In this document: one piece after another, positions 63,648-64,000 of the stretch
How the letters are laid out: the number at the start of each line of letters is the position of its first letter
Position numbering within the stretch: the first letter of the stretch is position 1
Source of the DNA: Gemmatimonadota bacterium
GTDB taxonomy: Bacteria > Gemmatimonadota > Gemmatimonadetes > Palauibacterales > Palauibacteraceae
NCBI GenBank assembly: GCA_965116475.1
Contig: OZ220691.1
Coordinates: forward strand, 2,336,001 to 2,400,000
Length of the DNA stretch: 64,000 nucleotides
Reading direction: 5' to 3'
Notes under the pieces: generated by a model
Database searches by the model: none
The model's input: only the letters and a program-made list of their open reading frames with translations
Told to the model about the DNA's origin: nothing
Program-made: the position numbers and the translations under genes

Positions 63648-64000
63648 ATGGAAGCAACGACACTGAAGCGGGAACCGACGGAGACGCTGAGGGAGCGGGC
63701 GGCCGGAGTACGGGCGGCGCAACGCACCATCGGGAGCGCCGAGGCGGAGCGCCGGACGGCGGCGCTGCGCGCACTCAAAGACGTACTGGTCCGGTCGCGG
63801 GTCGAGATCTCGCGGGCGAACGACGAGGACCTGGCGCGCGCGGCGGAGGAAGGGCTGTCCGGGTCCCTACTCCACCGGCTGGGCCTCCCGGATGCCAAGT
63901 TCGAGAGCCTGCTCGAGGGGATCGACGCGCTGGTCGACGGCGAGGACCCGATCGACCGCGTCCTCACGCGCATGGAACTCGATGAGGGTCTCGTGCTCGA
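63648..64000 (+). CDS. proA: Gamma-glutamyl phosphate reductase, 3' end outside window
   Basis: GGAG RBS, ATG 63648; ISRANDEDLA...LLHRLGL...EDPIDRV...ELDEGLVL; follows proB. Confidence 0.88.
   Translation, partial: MEATTLKREPTETLRERAAGVRAAQRTIGSAEAERRTAALRALKDVLVRSRVEISRANDEDLARAAEEGLSGSLLHRLGLPDAKFESLLEGIDALVDGEDPIDRVLTRMELDEGLVL

Overview
Very GC-rich (roughly 70% by eye) bacterial chromosomal window with about 55 genes and no rRNA, tRNA, CRISPR array or transposase that I can see. The many secreted beta-propeller/NHL proteins, plug-only TonB proteins and lipoproteins resemble a Gemmatimonadota (Palauibacter-like) genome; this is inference only. The centrepiece is a quinohemoprotein amine dehydrogenase locus (qhpA-D-C-B-F-E plus a qhpG candidate, 10.7-20.1 kb, minus strand). 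Its gamma subunit keeps all canonical cross-link and CTQ residues but adds a fifth Cys in a CX5D motif, a possible extra thioether bridge. The locus is split by an antisense 42-bp-repeat coiled-coil gene. Other loci: a cytochrome c/beta-barrel fusion plus cupredoxin operon behind a Fur-like box; a Zur-like/COG0523 metal-homeostasis locus; tandem NHL paralogs beside a HupE/UreJ gene; a Gld-like ABC system; a VapBC pair with a double-RHH antitoxin; a Gfo/Idh/MocA-TIM barrel-MFS sugar locus; and housekeeping genes (pncB, pyrE, nfuA, fumC, proB, proA). Non-coding signals: a CTAG-bounded 71-bp MITE-like inverted repeat, a 20-bp parS-like palindrome present twice, several apparent CTG start codons, and many short duplications at gene boundaries. 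Start codons were re-picked by eye from RBS and overlap evidence. Family assignments are from motif recognition, not database searches.
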